Shown: positions 50,795 to 64,000 of the stretch, in pieces
How the letters are laid out: the number at the start of each line of letters is the position of its first letter
How positions within the stretch are numbered: the first letter of the stretch is position 1
Notes under the pieces: model-generated
The model's input: the letters and a program-made list of their open reading frames with translations, nothing else
The model's database searches: none
What the model was told of the DNA's origin: nothing
Program-made: the position numbers and the translations under genes
Source of the DNA: Tubiluchus corallicola
Lineage: Eukaryota; Animalia; Priapulida
Reading direction: 5' to 3'
Assembly (NCBI GenBank): GCA_030141605.1
Contig: JAQGDQ010000865.1
Coordinates: 1-64,000 of the forward strand
Length of the DNA stretch: 64,000 nucleotides

Positions 50795-52410
50795 CTCCAG
50801 ACACAAGGCTATTTTGACACATAGGTAATTTGGACACAAGATGATTTCGACACATAGGTAACTTGGACACATAGGACATTTACAAGGTGATTTCGACACA
50901 TAGGTAATTTGGACACATAGGACATTTACAAGGTGATTTCGACACATAGGACATTTACAAGGTGATTTAGACACATAGGTAACTTGGACACATAGGACAT
51001 TTACAAGGTGATTTCGACACATAGGTAACTTGGACACATAGGACATTTACAAGGTGATTTCGACACATAGGTAACTTGGACACATAGGACATTTACAAGG
51101 TGATTTCGACCCATAGGTAACTTGGACACATAGGACATTTACAAAGTGATTTCGATACATAGGTAACTTGGACACATAGGACATTTACAAAGTGATTTCG
51201 ACACATAGGTAACTTGGACACATAGGACATTTACAAAGTGATTTCGACCCATAGGTAACTTGGACACATAGGACATTTACAAGGTGATTTCGACACATAG
51301 GTAACTTGGACACATAGGACATTTACAAAGTGCAAAGTGATTTGAATACATGATGATTTGGATGCGTAAAGCGAGTCTGCAAGTCCAAAAATATGTGAAT
51401 ATTAGGGCATCTTTTGCCAGCTTCTCTCAGCCCTGAGTAATCTTAGAAGTTGATAACTGGCATACTGTTAGAATGCAGGTGAAACTTGAAGCGTACTAAT
51501 TTTTGGGTCAATCAATGTAAATTTGTTTTTTCATGATTTTTAAATATCCGCATACAGCAACTCAAGCAGCAGTCTCCCAGCACAATCAAATGAATTATCA
51601 CTCATTACTTATTAACAAGAGATCAGTTAACAACAAATTACGTATGTGTCCAAATGTCCCGTGCATCCAATGTCCTTGTGTCCAAAAACCCTATGCGTCC
51701 AATGTTCCATGTCTCCCAAAGTCCTATGTGTTCAAATGTTCTTGTGTCCAAACATCTTATGTGTCCAAATGTCCCTACATCCAAACATCTTATGTGTCCA
51801 AATGTCCCTACATCCAAACAACTTATGTGTCCAGATATCACATGTTCAAATGTCCTTGTATCCAAACATCTTATGTGTTCAAATGTCCTTATGTCCAAAC
51901 ATCTTATGTGTCCAAATGTCCTTGTTTCCAAACAACTTATGTGTCCAAATGTCGTATGTGTCCAAATGTCCTTGTGTCCAAACAGCTTGTGTCCAAATGT
52001 CCTTGTTTCCAAACAACTTATGTGTCCAAATGTCGTATGTGTCCAAATGTCCTTGTGTCCAAACAGCTTGTGTCCAAATGTCCTTGTATCCAAACATCTT
52101 ATGTGTCCAAATGTCCCTACATCCAAACAACTTATGTGTCCAGATATCACATGTGTTCAAATGTCCTTATGTCCAAACAACTTATGTGTCCAAATGTCGT
52201 ATGTGTCCAAATGTCCTTGTTTCCAAACAACTTATGTGTCCAGATATCACATGTTCAAATGTCCTTGTATCCAAACATCTTATGTGTCCAAATGTCCTTA
52301 TGTCCAAACATCTTATGTGTCCAAATGTCCTTATGTCCAAACAACTTATGTGTCCAAATGTCGTATGTGTTCAAATGTCCTTGTGTCCAAACAGCTTGTG
52401 TCCAAATGTC
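50795..52410. repeat. Foldback-like element with oppositely oriented tandem-repeat arms
   Basis: Left arm ggacacataggacattt (46-bp units, 50795-51330); right arm aaatgtcc..atgtgtcc (51640-52410). Confidence 0.75.
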
Positions 52411-52505
52411 AAAACCCCTGTAATACTACAATACATTTACAAGTAGAGAAAAAATTACTATGCAAGGTTACACTACACGCATGCACCCACACGCGCACAC
52501 GCACG

Positions 52506-52543
<38 letters not shown>

Positions 52544-53389
52544 ATAACTGCCTAGCATTTTAATAAAAAGCTTAAATTTTAATAAAAAGCTTAAAGGTCA
52601 AAGTAACTGCAGGTCAAAGTAGTTCCAAGGCTGCACATCACACAGCTGCCTCAGTCAATCAAATATTCATTCTACTACGCTATATTATACTACATATGAA
52701 TACGCAATACTATAATCAGCAGATCTTTCAACATATACCTTCAAATTCTAGTAAATTAATTATTAATTAAATATTCGTTCAATTTCGCTCGACTTGAACA
52801 TATAACTAACTACATTATTAGTCGATTACAATGGTCTTTTTGTGTCCTGTCCTATGCTGGTAACATATAGCTTATAATTGTAATTATTGTATTTGTCATC
52901 TCATTCTAATGAGATACATAGATTATGTCGTAAGGCACTCATTATTATTCATACGACTAAAATATTACAGCACTGAGATAAAAAAAATTACTACACGCAG
53001 TAAACATTTAAAACATTCATTGTGACCTGCAAACTAACCAGAAAGTACTTGTCATATGGATAACACTGCACACTAAAATTTATTAATATTAAAGATGAAT
53101 GTCGTAAAAAAATCTGTTACCATACTGCACTGTACATGTAAAAACTGAAGCTAAATTTGACGCACTGTATTCATCAATAGACATCTTTGGTCATCGTCTT
53201 TACATCTATAGTCAATAGCTTCTGATATTAACAATTAAAAATTAAAGTAATTACGATGATTAATGATGTAATGAAATAATAATTAAGATACAGGATAATG
53301 TCTTCATTCACTGCGAGATGCAGCATTTCTCTATGAAATGGTCACGTGATAGTTAAAGATCATAGTCACCGAATAATCTGGTGTGAGTC

Positions 53390-54060
53390 AGAGACAGATT
53401 TTGGAGCTATTTTCGACAAAATGCTTTCATTTGAAGATTATATCAACAAAAATATAAAAAAGCTAAAGAGATAAATATGGATTAAACAAAAAATATGGGG
53501 TTTTTAATTCTATGAGTGTACTTCACCCCTTAATCATGATTAGTAATTGCACGGCAGTATAATAACTAAATCTTTTACCATGCTGACCCGTTATATGTTC
53601 ATCTGTTTGTACTACAAAGTTCTTGTAAGAGCCCTTTCTTGAATTTTCTAGCTCAGTATGGCACCATCAATAAATAAATATATCAGTGAGCTCGAACAAA
53701 TTTAAAGATATGCAACAAGAATTAAAGCACAGATTTAAAAGGACTGTCATCATTTTGACAAGGTTAAAGCTTTTGAAATTGCTAAAGCTCAAATTGCTTT
53801 ACAGGAAACTGAGAGGCAGATGTCTGATAGAAGCTTATAAGATTTTAGTAAATATATATGATAGAGCTGCAAGCCCTTCAATTGAGATTCAGAATAATCA
53901 ATCACCAGAGGCCATTCAGATCATACTAAATCTATAGGACTGAGTTCCCTCAGAATTGTAGATTCGTGGAAAAGCTTACTTAATGATGTCATATGTAGAT
54001 GTCTCTATAAAACAGCTGGCAAACAATGGGCTGGGAATAGATATAGTCTTCGATTACAAT
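53390..54060 (+). mobile_element. Degenerate CR1-type LINE 3' remnant
   Basis: Decayed YKVLVR... and RKLRGRCLIEAYKIL (cf. RRLRGDLIEVYKI), with frameshifts and stops. Confidence 0.55.
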
Positions 54061-56659
54061 GAGCCCTTCGAGGACAAATGCATTACTATACAATTTGGCT
54101 AAAAGATTACTATGCCAAAACAACAGAATGTAACATGAGGTAACTTAAGGAAGCTTTTCTCCAAGTACAGGCAGACTGTAAAGTGTTGAAATTGTAAAAT
54201 GATATGGTCAGGCTGAAATCACCATTTCTAGATACACATTCACTTACCATGATTATTACTCACATGCTGACTGTTGGTCAAGGCAACAGCAGACAAAGAA
54301 TACCAATGAGAGCTGTGCTGTAGTGCTGTGTGATTTTAAAAATTGTTCTGCATGCTTCATAGAAGACACACATGCAAATATGCAGGCATACACACAAACA
54401 AGCACTCTTACATGTGCGCATATGCACACAACAAACACTTGTGACTTTGACAACAACAGCTAAAAACATATCTAATAATGATAAATTAATAATGCCAAAA
54501 TAATTTATTGTTATTAATATGAGATCTAATGTGGTTAGATGACAAACATCTGCTGTATTCAGGTCCGGGGGGCAGTTCTTGGGGCAAGACTAGCATGGTG
54601 GCAGTTGACAGAAGGCAGCAGAAAGGACTACTATGCTGCCTGGGTATAGGCTTGTCCAGAAATAAAATTGGCTGATGGTGGTGGTCACATGTGTTGGATT
54701 ATATGAAGCCCCTTCTATGCAGTTCTCCATTGGTAATAAAGAGAAATCAGTAAATACTGTGACTGACAGGCAGGTGGCTTCAGTGGAAAAAGCTCAAACA
54801 TCTCAGGCCATTCACGTAATGGGTCGTCATTTGGCTCTGGTAAGTCAGATGCAATAATGCAGCAGCCGTGCAATAGATGGAATTTGGCCATCAAAAAGAT
54901 ATTGCTACTTGGATGACAAGATCTTCGTCAGGTGAAGACATTATGTGATCTTGGACTTGGATAGGATGTGGTTTTTAAACCAAAGCAAATGAAATCTGTG
55001 ACAACTTTGATGATTTCTCTTGCAGGAGAGATGAAGAGAGCAGTAATGGCATGAAATACAATAAAAACTTGATCTTTTTCTTTGCCCTGTTGATGGCGTG
55101 GACTTCATGGCAAAATTTGGGATCAAGTCATCAGATGATGGTAGGTGAAGCCAATCCATACATGACTATTTCAAAATTGTATGGTCGATAAATTGTGTGC
55201 GTTCAAGCTACAAATTACAGCATTAGGCTTGCCTTTACTTCTTCTACGTAATAGAATGGCTATTGGGTCAAATGACACCATTTGACAGCAATGCTCATAC
55301 ATATTTTACAAAAAGTTTTGTACATTATACAACTTTCAAATTGTACTGATACAGTGAACGATGGCCAAAAAAGTGCGTTTGCATGAATGCTTGTGTGATG
55401 TGCATGTGCATAGTGCATAAAAATTAGGCAATATTTGCTAGAGTATTTGTGCTTGAACGTGCAATGCTTTTTTTAGAATCACAAAGTACCAATTCAAGTG
55501 TAGGGATGATGACGGTGGTGATACTGATGACGACGATGATGACGACGATGATGACGACAATGACATCGACCCCAATACTTTTAGAAAAAATTACAGTTAC
55601 AGTATTTTTGTGAATTTAAATCATAATAAAAGTTTTTTCTGTAACAACACAACAATGTTTTGCATATTAGAAACATTGCTTTTATTTTCTTCTACTTTTC
55701 TTTCTTTTCTGCTTTCCCTTCCTCTTTTTTTCAATATTCTTTATCACTCTCACAAGTTTGCTAATACATCGATGAGAGATGGTAGCAACAATAGTAACAA
55801 TAGAAGTGGTTGTGATGTAATAACAATCATGCTATAATAACTCTGCAGTGCCTATAGCAGTAGCAACTTTTCATTTTACCAAAATATTCTTGCGTGCCAA
55901 CTGGAATACAAATTGCATGGCAGTGAAGTGGTTAATTCTGTTCAAGATGATATGGGTGACAGTCTGGTTTGCAATGCACAGGAGTGTGATGGGATGATAC
56001 TTGAAAGCCTGGGTGTGGACTATATCAACGGATCAAAAATTGTGTTTAAGATGATTAAGATGAATAAGATTAACATATTTGAATAGGATTTTCTTCCCGG
56101 TTAGCAAAAACTCAATTACGAGAAGTCTAAAAAGAGTATGTGGGAGAGCGAAGGCAGAGGCAGTTTTAGCTGTCATCACCTTCCTCATCTCTTCAGTGAA
56201 GCCATCATTTTTACAAGTTCGAAAGCATAATTTAAAAAAATGACCAAATCATGTAACTAGTTTTGATTTTCTATTGACTTGATTTATTAATATATCCTTA
56301 TAAATTTAAATACTGATTATGTTTTAATATAAATTTATTAGAGTCTTTGCGTAAATTATAATGAACATTTGCCTTTGCTTTGTCGTTCATTTTCATAGAC
56401 TGCTGTTTCATCACAGTCGATGGGTTACACCACTGTTCATAGGAACACTGGCGTTATACAGAATAGAATAGAATTATCATAATCTAGTAGCTTCTAGCTA
56501 TGTATCATGGGTTAATTTTGAGTGTCACGTTTTGTTCTGTATGTACATGAACACATTCGCATCGTATTATAGCAAATTATAAAAAAAGCTAAAAAAACGG
56601 CCACTAAAAATAAAGTAAGATGAAACGAAGTTTCAGGAACCAAGGACTAGTTTGCATAT

Positions 56660-56750
56660 AGGCAGAGTTGCCAGCTCGTTGACCTGTCATCAACTCCACA
56701 CGTGAAATTGGTTTTGAAAACAAGAACGAAATTTCATTGATATCTCAATA
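56660..56750 (+). promoter_or_regulatory. Putative NOB1 proximal promoter with E-box
   Basis: CACGTG at 56699-56704, ~50 nt upstream of the ATG, and GTTGCCA at 56667-56673. Confidence 0.45.
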
Positions 56751-57947
56751 ATGGTTGTACAACGAGCATCGCGCGTTGTTGTTGATTCAGGAGCTTTTAT
56801 TAAGTGTTTGAATTTACAAAATTTAGGCGAAACTATTTACAGTACGAAAGAAGTGGTGGCCGAAATCAAGGATCGACAGACAAGGCAACGTCTTCAAGTT
56901 CTTCCGTATGAATTAAATTTACAAGAGCCAGCGCCAGAATGCATTCATTTTGTAACAGAATTTGCAAAAAAGACCGGAGATTATGCTTTCTTGTCTGCTA
57001 CTGATATCAAAGTACTTGCGCTGACTTATCAGTTAGAGAAGGAAATCGTTGGTGTAGCTCATCTCCGAAACGAACCCTCCAAGACAGCTCAGGGATCAAC
57101 TATCAAAGGACCTGTTAAAGATAATGTCGTTTTACCAGGTTTTTTTCACCCAACAAACGAACGGAACAAACCTAGTGCAAGCCTTGATGAGGTCTCTGCT
57201 GATCAGACAGAACTTTCTTGTGGTGAGGAAGAAAATGCCGAATCACTGTTGCAAAATACAGAAGCTACTCGAAACAAAGACGAAGATGACCGCGGCGATT
57301 CTGAGCACAGCAGTGACAGTGACGAAAATGATGGTGGTGGTTGGATAAACAAATCTAATATTGAATCCGTTAAACTGCAGTCTGGAGAGGGTTACGGTCA
57401 GTCGCACGTTGAAGTTGCTTGTATAACTACCGATTTTTCCATGCAGAACGTGCTTCTACAGATAGGTTTACACGTGATGTCCGTAGACGGCATGCTTATC
57501 AATCAAATTAGAACTTACGTGTTGCGTTGTTACTCCTGTTTCAAGATCACGAAGATGATGACAAAAGCATTTTGTCCGAATTGCGGCAATAAAACTCTAA
57601 AGCGCGTCGCAGCAACGTTCGAAGAGGACGGATCGGTCACGTATTACATTTCCAAACGGCCTATTAATGTACGAGGATCCAGGTATTCTTTGCCACTTCC
57701 ACAGGGTGGAAAACATGGATTCAATCCCATTTTAACCGCAGACCAGCGAACTCCACATATGATGCCATCCAGGAAAGCCTTGGAGAAGACGAATGCGCTG
57801 GATCCCGATTACGTAGGAAAAGTATCTCCGTTTGCTATGAATGATGTGACAAGTCGGGCCGCTCAGTTGACGATGGGCAGTGGTAAAAAGAGAAACTGGA
57901 TGCAGCGAAATCCTAATCAGACTCGCAAGCCACACAGGAAGAAGTGA
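56751..57947 (+). CDS. NOB1: RNA-binding protein NOB1 (PIN-domain 18S rRNA site D endonuclease), intronless, 398 aa
   Basis: PIN motifs VVVDSGAFI, EIKD, TGDYAFLSATDIKVLAL and TTDFSMQNV; acidic insert with GGGWI; Zn ribbon CYSC...CPNCG. Confidence 0.96.
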   Translation: MVVQRASRVVVDSGAFIKCLNLQNLGETIYSTKEVVAEIKDRQTRQRLQVLPYELNLQEPAPECIHFVTEFAKKTGDYAFLSATDIKVLALTYQLEKEIVGVAHLRNEPSKTAQGSTIKGPVKDNVVLPGFFHPTNERNKPSASLDEVSADQTELSCGEEENAESLLQNTEATRNKDEDDRGDSEHSSDSDENDGGGWINKSNIESVKLQSGEGYGQSHVEVACITTDFSMQNVLLQIGLHVMSVDGMLINQIRTYVLRCYSCFKITKMMTKAFCPNCGNKTLKRVAATFEEDGSVTYYISKRPINVRGSRYSLPLPQGGKHGFNPILTADQRTPHMMPSRKALEKTNALDPDYVGKVSPFAMNDVTSRAAQLTMGSGKKRNWMQRNPNQTRKPHRKK

Positions 57948-60284
57948 AGAATTTGACATTCATTTTAAACAGATGTTATCTTATCGTTGATTAACATTAA
58001 GGCACATTCAACTAAAAATGTGTTGCCTATAGCAAATTACTGGGTTTCAGAAAATATTTGCTGTTACATAATGAAAGCTATGCTTGCAGTTTCAACTTCT
58101 GACATTTTCATCAACTGTCAGTCAAGTTAGGTAAGACACTCACACGGGTTGACAATCTGGCGCATGTGCAATTAAAACTGTTTCACTTTTTGAACTGCGA
58201 TGTTTGATTATATATTGGTATCCGTGCATGTAACTCTTATCAGATCAGCTGAACTTGTTATTTATGTTTAATGTTTACCTTATTTTGCCAATAGTTAGTT
58301 GTGCAAGTTGGGCAGCAAAAGTTGGATATTCTAAAACGTCGCAGTAGCGTAAAAAAATTTAACGTCCATGATATTTTCACACGTAAAACAGTGGCATAGA
58401 CATCTACATAGACATAGAACATTTATTTTCTCCAATTAGTCAAACATCAAAAGTTTTTTAGATATTAAGTAATTATAATCATGGAGAAGGGCAGGGAAGG
58501 ATCATAGGGTCATCTAGTCTCTTGCCCTTTCTTATAAGTAGATTAGTCTATTAAAAATTAACAGTGATGCTGCAGATAACAAAAACAAATAAGAAAAAAA
58601 TAATAAAAACAGTATAAATGATACAAATTATCCAAAAAGAACTGAAAACAAAAAAATAATAAAGTTGGATACCAAAATCTAAACAAAACAATACAGTTAT
58701 TCAGTAATTAAGATTATTATATGTAGTAGTTTCAAATGGGGTCTTATTAACAGGGGAATTTGACCAAGGTTAGTGAGTAAAGTTAAAAACTGAGAGTATG
58801 GAAAGAAAAAATAAGTATTAAAAAAGTTATATAGAAAAATTTATGAGAAAAAGTAAGTATGAGAAACAGCAACAATTATTTAGGAGATGAGGAGAAAAAA
58901 AGAAAAGAAAAAAAAAACCTGCTAGCTTGCTTATTAGTCTTACATGTTATGTACTACAGGTATATTCATTTAGTAAGATTTTTGCATATTTTTTGGAAGC
59001 AGAAAACGAGCTACCTTCCAAGGTGCCCTGGAATTGGTAACGATTATGCATTTCTGTGTTGCATTTTAAAAAGACATTTATTCTTGTGATCATGTGAATT
59101 TGAAGAGAAGTTGAGAATTTTACGCGAATCTTGTTATCAAACCTTGTGTGTAAAAGTTGAATGATTTGTTTCACAGAGGTCTAAACTGTTGCCTGCAACA
59201 TCTGCGTTATTTAAGAGGTGATTGTATAAGTATGACAAGTACATACTAAAGTTTTCAATAGTAAGTAAGTAAGTAAGTAATTTTTTTTATTTTTCTCCAT
59301 AAATTTACAATAATTTGACAATAAAATACAAACAAACATGGGAGAAAGGGTGGTGAAAAACCAAAGGTTATCAAGCCAGTCAACCACCCTTCTCAGAAAG
59401 GCAGCAAGCAAAAAGATGCTAATGACAGCAGACACAACTATTAAAAACACATAAACGTCCATAAATACAAAAAAACAAAATTACAACAACAGCAAAAAAC
59501 CAGTCTTTCCTAAATATAGCCAAACATTAAACATAGTCAATTATATATGGTTCAAAATAAAAGAGAATATTTTAATGTTCATGGGTTCACTAAAGAATTA
59601 TTAATCTTACTGACAAGATAAAGTAATTAATACTTTTGCTTAGTTAGTGAAGTCAAGTTGTTCTGATTATTGTTTGGACTCTGCCCAATGTTATCTGAAT
59701 TTATCTGAAACGACTTGCCGACAAAATGGCTGCCCCTAGCGGTCATCCATGCCTTTTAAATCTTCAAGTTCTATACGATGTTACTGGCTATAAAAGCTCC
59801 ATGCACAATAAAATAGCATGTAGATGATTTTTTAGTTTTCTGTAAGAGTAGGGGATTCTTGTCCTTTAAAAATACTTGAATTATTGTTTTATTTTTGTAC
59901 ATGTTTAGCAAAATCATTGTGAAAAATAATTGTGAGTACCAATAATTCCGAATTAGTAATTGTATTTTTAATTTGTTTGCTGAAATGACCAGTTGGATAA
60001 ATTTATTTATTTAATTCGTAATCAAATTCATCTTGTCACTCTTGTTCGTTATTACACAACAATATGTGTATTACTATCACCATCATTATCATCGTCATAT
60101 TTTTGTCCTCAATGACAACAGAATCAACATCAACAACATGGTGCTATTAATTAATTTATCCAATCAATCTCTCTCCTCACCCCCACTCTTTTGCCTCTCA
60201 TTCTTTTCTCTCTCCTCACTCTCGCGTAAATGAAGTATTATCTGTTCATGTAGCAATTTTATGCATATATAACATAGTTATTTA

Positions 60285-60345
60285 ATAACGGCTACTAGAT
60301 GGCGCGACGGCGCCGCAAAGTCGCATGCTGAGGTGGCAACCCTAA
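60285..60345 (+). promoter_or_regulatory. Putative MPC2 promoter (small CpG-rich patch)
   Basis: CTCF-like ctactagatggcgc and gtggcaac motif ~130-180 nt upstream of the ATG. Confidence 0.4.
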
Positions 60346-60468
60346 TTAATCCCATAAGCACATTTGTTATTGACATCTATCTGGTGCACGTGTGTGGGAA
60401 TGTGTATATTGAATATGTGTTAATAGTTAATAAAATTTGTTTTCTTTTAAATTTAATTTCTAATAAAA

Positions 60469-62319
60469 ATGTCATCTATAGGCAAAGGTTTAATTACTGT
60501 CTTAGACAGGATGGTGCCTGCCCGGTACTTACCAATGTGGAATCATGCAGCAGGTGGTTAAATTTTTATACTGGTTGGGAATAGGATTCCTATTTTCAGG
60601 TTCCTCTAGCAAACTAAATAATAGTAAATAAAAGTACGTTCACTTTTGTCACCACTCTATCCTATTGGTTATATCACACTTGTGATGTAACCACTGTTTT
60701 TTATTGTTAATCTCTGCCCAGTCTGGGATTCTCGGTTGAAAATGCATATGATCCTTGTGTGCCACTATTGTCTGTTGCATTTTTAAATCAGTAGTTAAAT
60801 GATGATGCTGGTTTACAAATTTACCAAAGTGCACCACACAGATTACATATCGACTAAAATTTAATCTATTTCTATTTCTTGTTGAATTAAATGGCTTCTA
60901 TCGTTTTTTTTGCAGGACCAAAAACCGTTTTCTTCTGGGCGCCTACATTTAAATGGGTAAGTCACAAATGCATTAATTCCTAGTCGATTAGAATATAAAA
61001 TTTGTTATTACAAGCAAATGTGGGAAGTTACCGTAAAATTTAATTTTGACGTCTAGTATTTGAAATAATCTATAAGATATCTTAAGCAAAACCAGGCCAA
61101 TGTTAAACTGTAGGTTAAAACAACTAATTCTTTAAAATATTGAAAGGAAACATACTATTTTTTAAGGAATGCCTTACGTGAAAGAATTATTACCACACAA
61201 AGACAATTTCGCATTCGCGCCACTAGTTCTTTGCTGTTACATGCATTTGGCCATTCGTTAGTTAAACGGGCACTAGCACCTGCATTTGCATTGCACAAAA
61301 ACAGGTGCTGTACCTCCCAGTTCAGATGTGTTAGGTTGTGATGTAGTACACACGTTCTATAGCTCGTGCATGAGTGCAGCGGTAAATTTAAAATTTGAAT
61401 TTTTATCTTAAAACTTACTAGTTTATGTGCAATACATCGCATACCTTACAGTAGCACTGTACTTCAATTTACACTTTCGCAAACACGTGCGACACGCTTG
61501 TGGAAAATTTTCGCCGTCGAAAATTTTGTTAGTTAGTGATATATATATATATATTAAATCTTTATTTGTCATTAAAATGGTTCACTCATTATAATAAAAT
61601 TGAGTAAGCCTCAGCGTATGTTAAAATAACCACACTGTTCAAGACAAATGCGTCCAGTGCAGACTAAAAAAACTAAAGTGCAAAACTATATACAATAAAT
61701 GAACATATTTACAAGCACCATATTAAAATATTTTTACAAAACAATATTACAAAAGTACATTAAATTTTACATGACATATTTTACACTATACATATACATT
61801 TGACATGACACAATTAACAGAAACATGCTTACATGCTTTACATTACATAAATTTCACTCATTACAGTTACACTATTTATACATTTGACATTCTAAAACTA
61901 ACATAACACATATTACATTACATAATTCTCTTAAAAAAATTTCATTTTTAATCGTTATATGGAGTCTGGGGCAGATGAAAGTTGAGTCTGTGTAATTAAT
62001 ATGTCATCAATAATTGGGCTCGCCCGGCATTGATTAAGTTTTTATTCTATTATATAATTATCAGAAACACTTTTTCAGTATTAATTGTGTTAAAAGTTTT
62101 ATCGGACTTGAAAATGGGGTAGTATTATTAAAAGTCGCCATGGCTTCTTTTAGTGTAGTTGATATATACATATTACATCGTTGTGTCGTCCTATCAACTA
62201 AGGTAGTTCATGGGATCCTACTTGCTTTTTTCAGGCTTTGGTAATTGCTGGCATTGGAGACTTGAGCAGACCGGCCGAGAAACTGAGTGTGACCCAGTCT
62301 ACTGCATTAGCTGCTACGG
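60469..62319 (+). CDS. MPC2: Mitochondrial pyruvate carrier 2, exons 60469-60553, 60916-60956, 62235-62319; continues beyond window
   Basis: Splices to MSSIGKGLITVLDRMVPARYLPMWNHAAGPKTVFFWAPTFKWALVIAGIGDLSRPAEKLSVTQSTALAATG, matching MPC2 (NHPAGPRTVFFWAP.MKW...RPAEKLS..QS). All introns GT-AG and phase-compatible. Confidence 0.93.
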
Positions 62320-64000
62320 GTAGGGTGGTCAGATTTTAACAGAATTTCTTACGCCCGGGGTTAATTCATACTACTGCGTGTGTCTGCATGTATGCGTGCA
62401 CGTAGAAACACCATTGTCATATCGTTGAAACTATGTCATAAGATCATAACCAGGTAGTATCGCTTGAGTTACTGCAAACCAGGGGTGTGCAAATTATCTG
62501 ACTAGCTGGGCCACGTTAAACCTTCCCACAATTCCTCTTGGCTTGCAGTTTGGTCAAGAAGCCAAGAACAGTAGGAACCTAATAATGATTTTTTTGCATC
62601 CCGATCTGTTGCATCATTACTGCTGCCCAGAGGAAAGCTATTCTAGAAGTTATTAAACATTAAAAGCCACTGATATCAACTTTTATGTCGGATATTGGTA
62701 ATCTAATTACAATGCACATTAGTACTCGCTCTGATTCTGATCTATAAGAACAGTACACCTGATGAAACGAAGAAACAGCCACTGATTGTGGATGTGTAAC
62801 AGGGTGTCTCAAACGTCATATTACACTTTGATTTCAAATTTTCTTTTAACATTTTTTCTAATCTCGGTAAGCTTTTACATGAGTGAGGCTTTAGGCAGTT
62901 CTTTTTATTTATATTTGACGGGAACTCCGTTGCCATGGAGTAAAGAGAACCTGTTAAATTATGTTAAAAGCAGTAGATCGTAATAATTAATTATGTTCAT
63001 AGATGCTCGTATGATGAAGCCTGTTAAGGAGTGGTGTCACGTGAGTACGTGATCCAGGAATTGAGGTGTCGGGGTTCCGTGCACGATATGTAAGGCGTGC
63101 AAGGCCTCCAGCTCAAGGAATTAGGCTGAGACTGAGTCTGGGAGCCGGAGCGTACAGATCAGGGGCTTTTGGCATTGCTATCTATTATATTTATTGTGTT
63201 GATGTTTAATAAACGTGTCATTTTATAATCAGACTCTTCATAGCTTTACCATTCCTCAAGCTTCAATCAGCAGCTACACACAACCAATACAACGCAATAT
63301 CCACTATACTACGAAATTATTTTTACCTCATTGTGATGATTATCTGGGTGATGAAAAAGCTCTTCCTAATCACTCACCGGCTGTGACAGACTTTCTCGAA
63401 GCCAGATGCTCTGAAGCTGTTAGAGGTCCTTGAAGAACGTAGCAAAAACAGAGCAAAACCTACTAGCCTTTTCAGATCTTTCTCCAATCTGAGAAAAAGA
63501 AATCGCCCAACGCTCTAGTTTAGTTCAAGCGTAGCTATTTTCAAGCACTTTGTTTGGTTTTTTTCAAAAAGTATGGAAGATGTGAAGTGGCACCCAGAAC
63601 ACTAATGCAGCCCTTCGTGTTACGGGGCTGTTGTAGTAGCCCCGGCTCCATTCACACCGCAAAGATCGTGTGGAGTAACCCTTTCCATTGATTACTGGAT
63701 TCTGTTGAAAAGCCAATTAATTAGAATCAATTGAGCATAAGAAATCTAAGCAAACTAACAATGGTAATATGGAATTTGTTTGGCCACCTGTAAGGATGAA
63801 CTTTGGACAGCGTTGACCACTGCAGTGACATAGTGGTATGATGATGATGATAATGATGATGATGATGATATATCATTTATTATGCCTCTATAATTTGCAG
63901 GCTCAGTACATCAGTATTAAAAATGAAACCATGTACATATATTAGTCATGCACATATATACTTGATGATGGTGATGATGATGATGACGACGACGATGACG

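Noticed and set aside
54241-54260. ATG|gtaagt on the minus strand as SECISBP2L exon 1
   Set aside because: Phase-compatible but only a short motif with no promoter support; cannot be distinguished from chance.
63372-63430. Minus-strand exon-like segment with gtgagt donor
   Set aside because: Short, no homology, weak acceptor, and lies in an MPC2 intron.

Overview
AT-rich, repeat-dense genomic DNA from an intron-rich animal, probably a non-arthropod invertebrate (TTAGGG-type repeats, CpG decay). There is one assembly gap at 5082-5980. Manual splicing gives five genes or gene parts. (1) An isolated 3' exon of a gamma-butyrobetaine dioxygenase (BBOX1/TauD-family) gene at 4331-4545 (+), missed by the ORF track and bracketed by inverted repeats. 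(2) The last four coding exons of cytosolic aconitase/IRP1 (7490-19496, +). (3) A 17-coding-exon, ~1104-aa SECIS-binding protein 2-like gene (50575-25818, -). (4) An intronless NOB1 (56751-57947, +). (5) The first three exons of mitochondrial pyruvate carrier 2 (60469-62319, +), also missed by the ORF track. Introns contain piggyBac-, hAT- and Tc1/pogo-type MITEs, tRNA- and 5S-derived SINEs, LINE remnants, a probable solo LTR and many minisatellites. The most unusual observations are a 25-copy tandem array of the aconitase terminal-exon splice acceptor, the orphan BBOX-like exon, a TSD-bounded 5S-headed SINE, a candidate 75-aa two-exon orphan gene, and satellites that grew inside transposons. 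No database searches were run; family assignments rest on recalled motifs.
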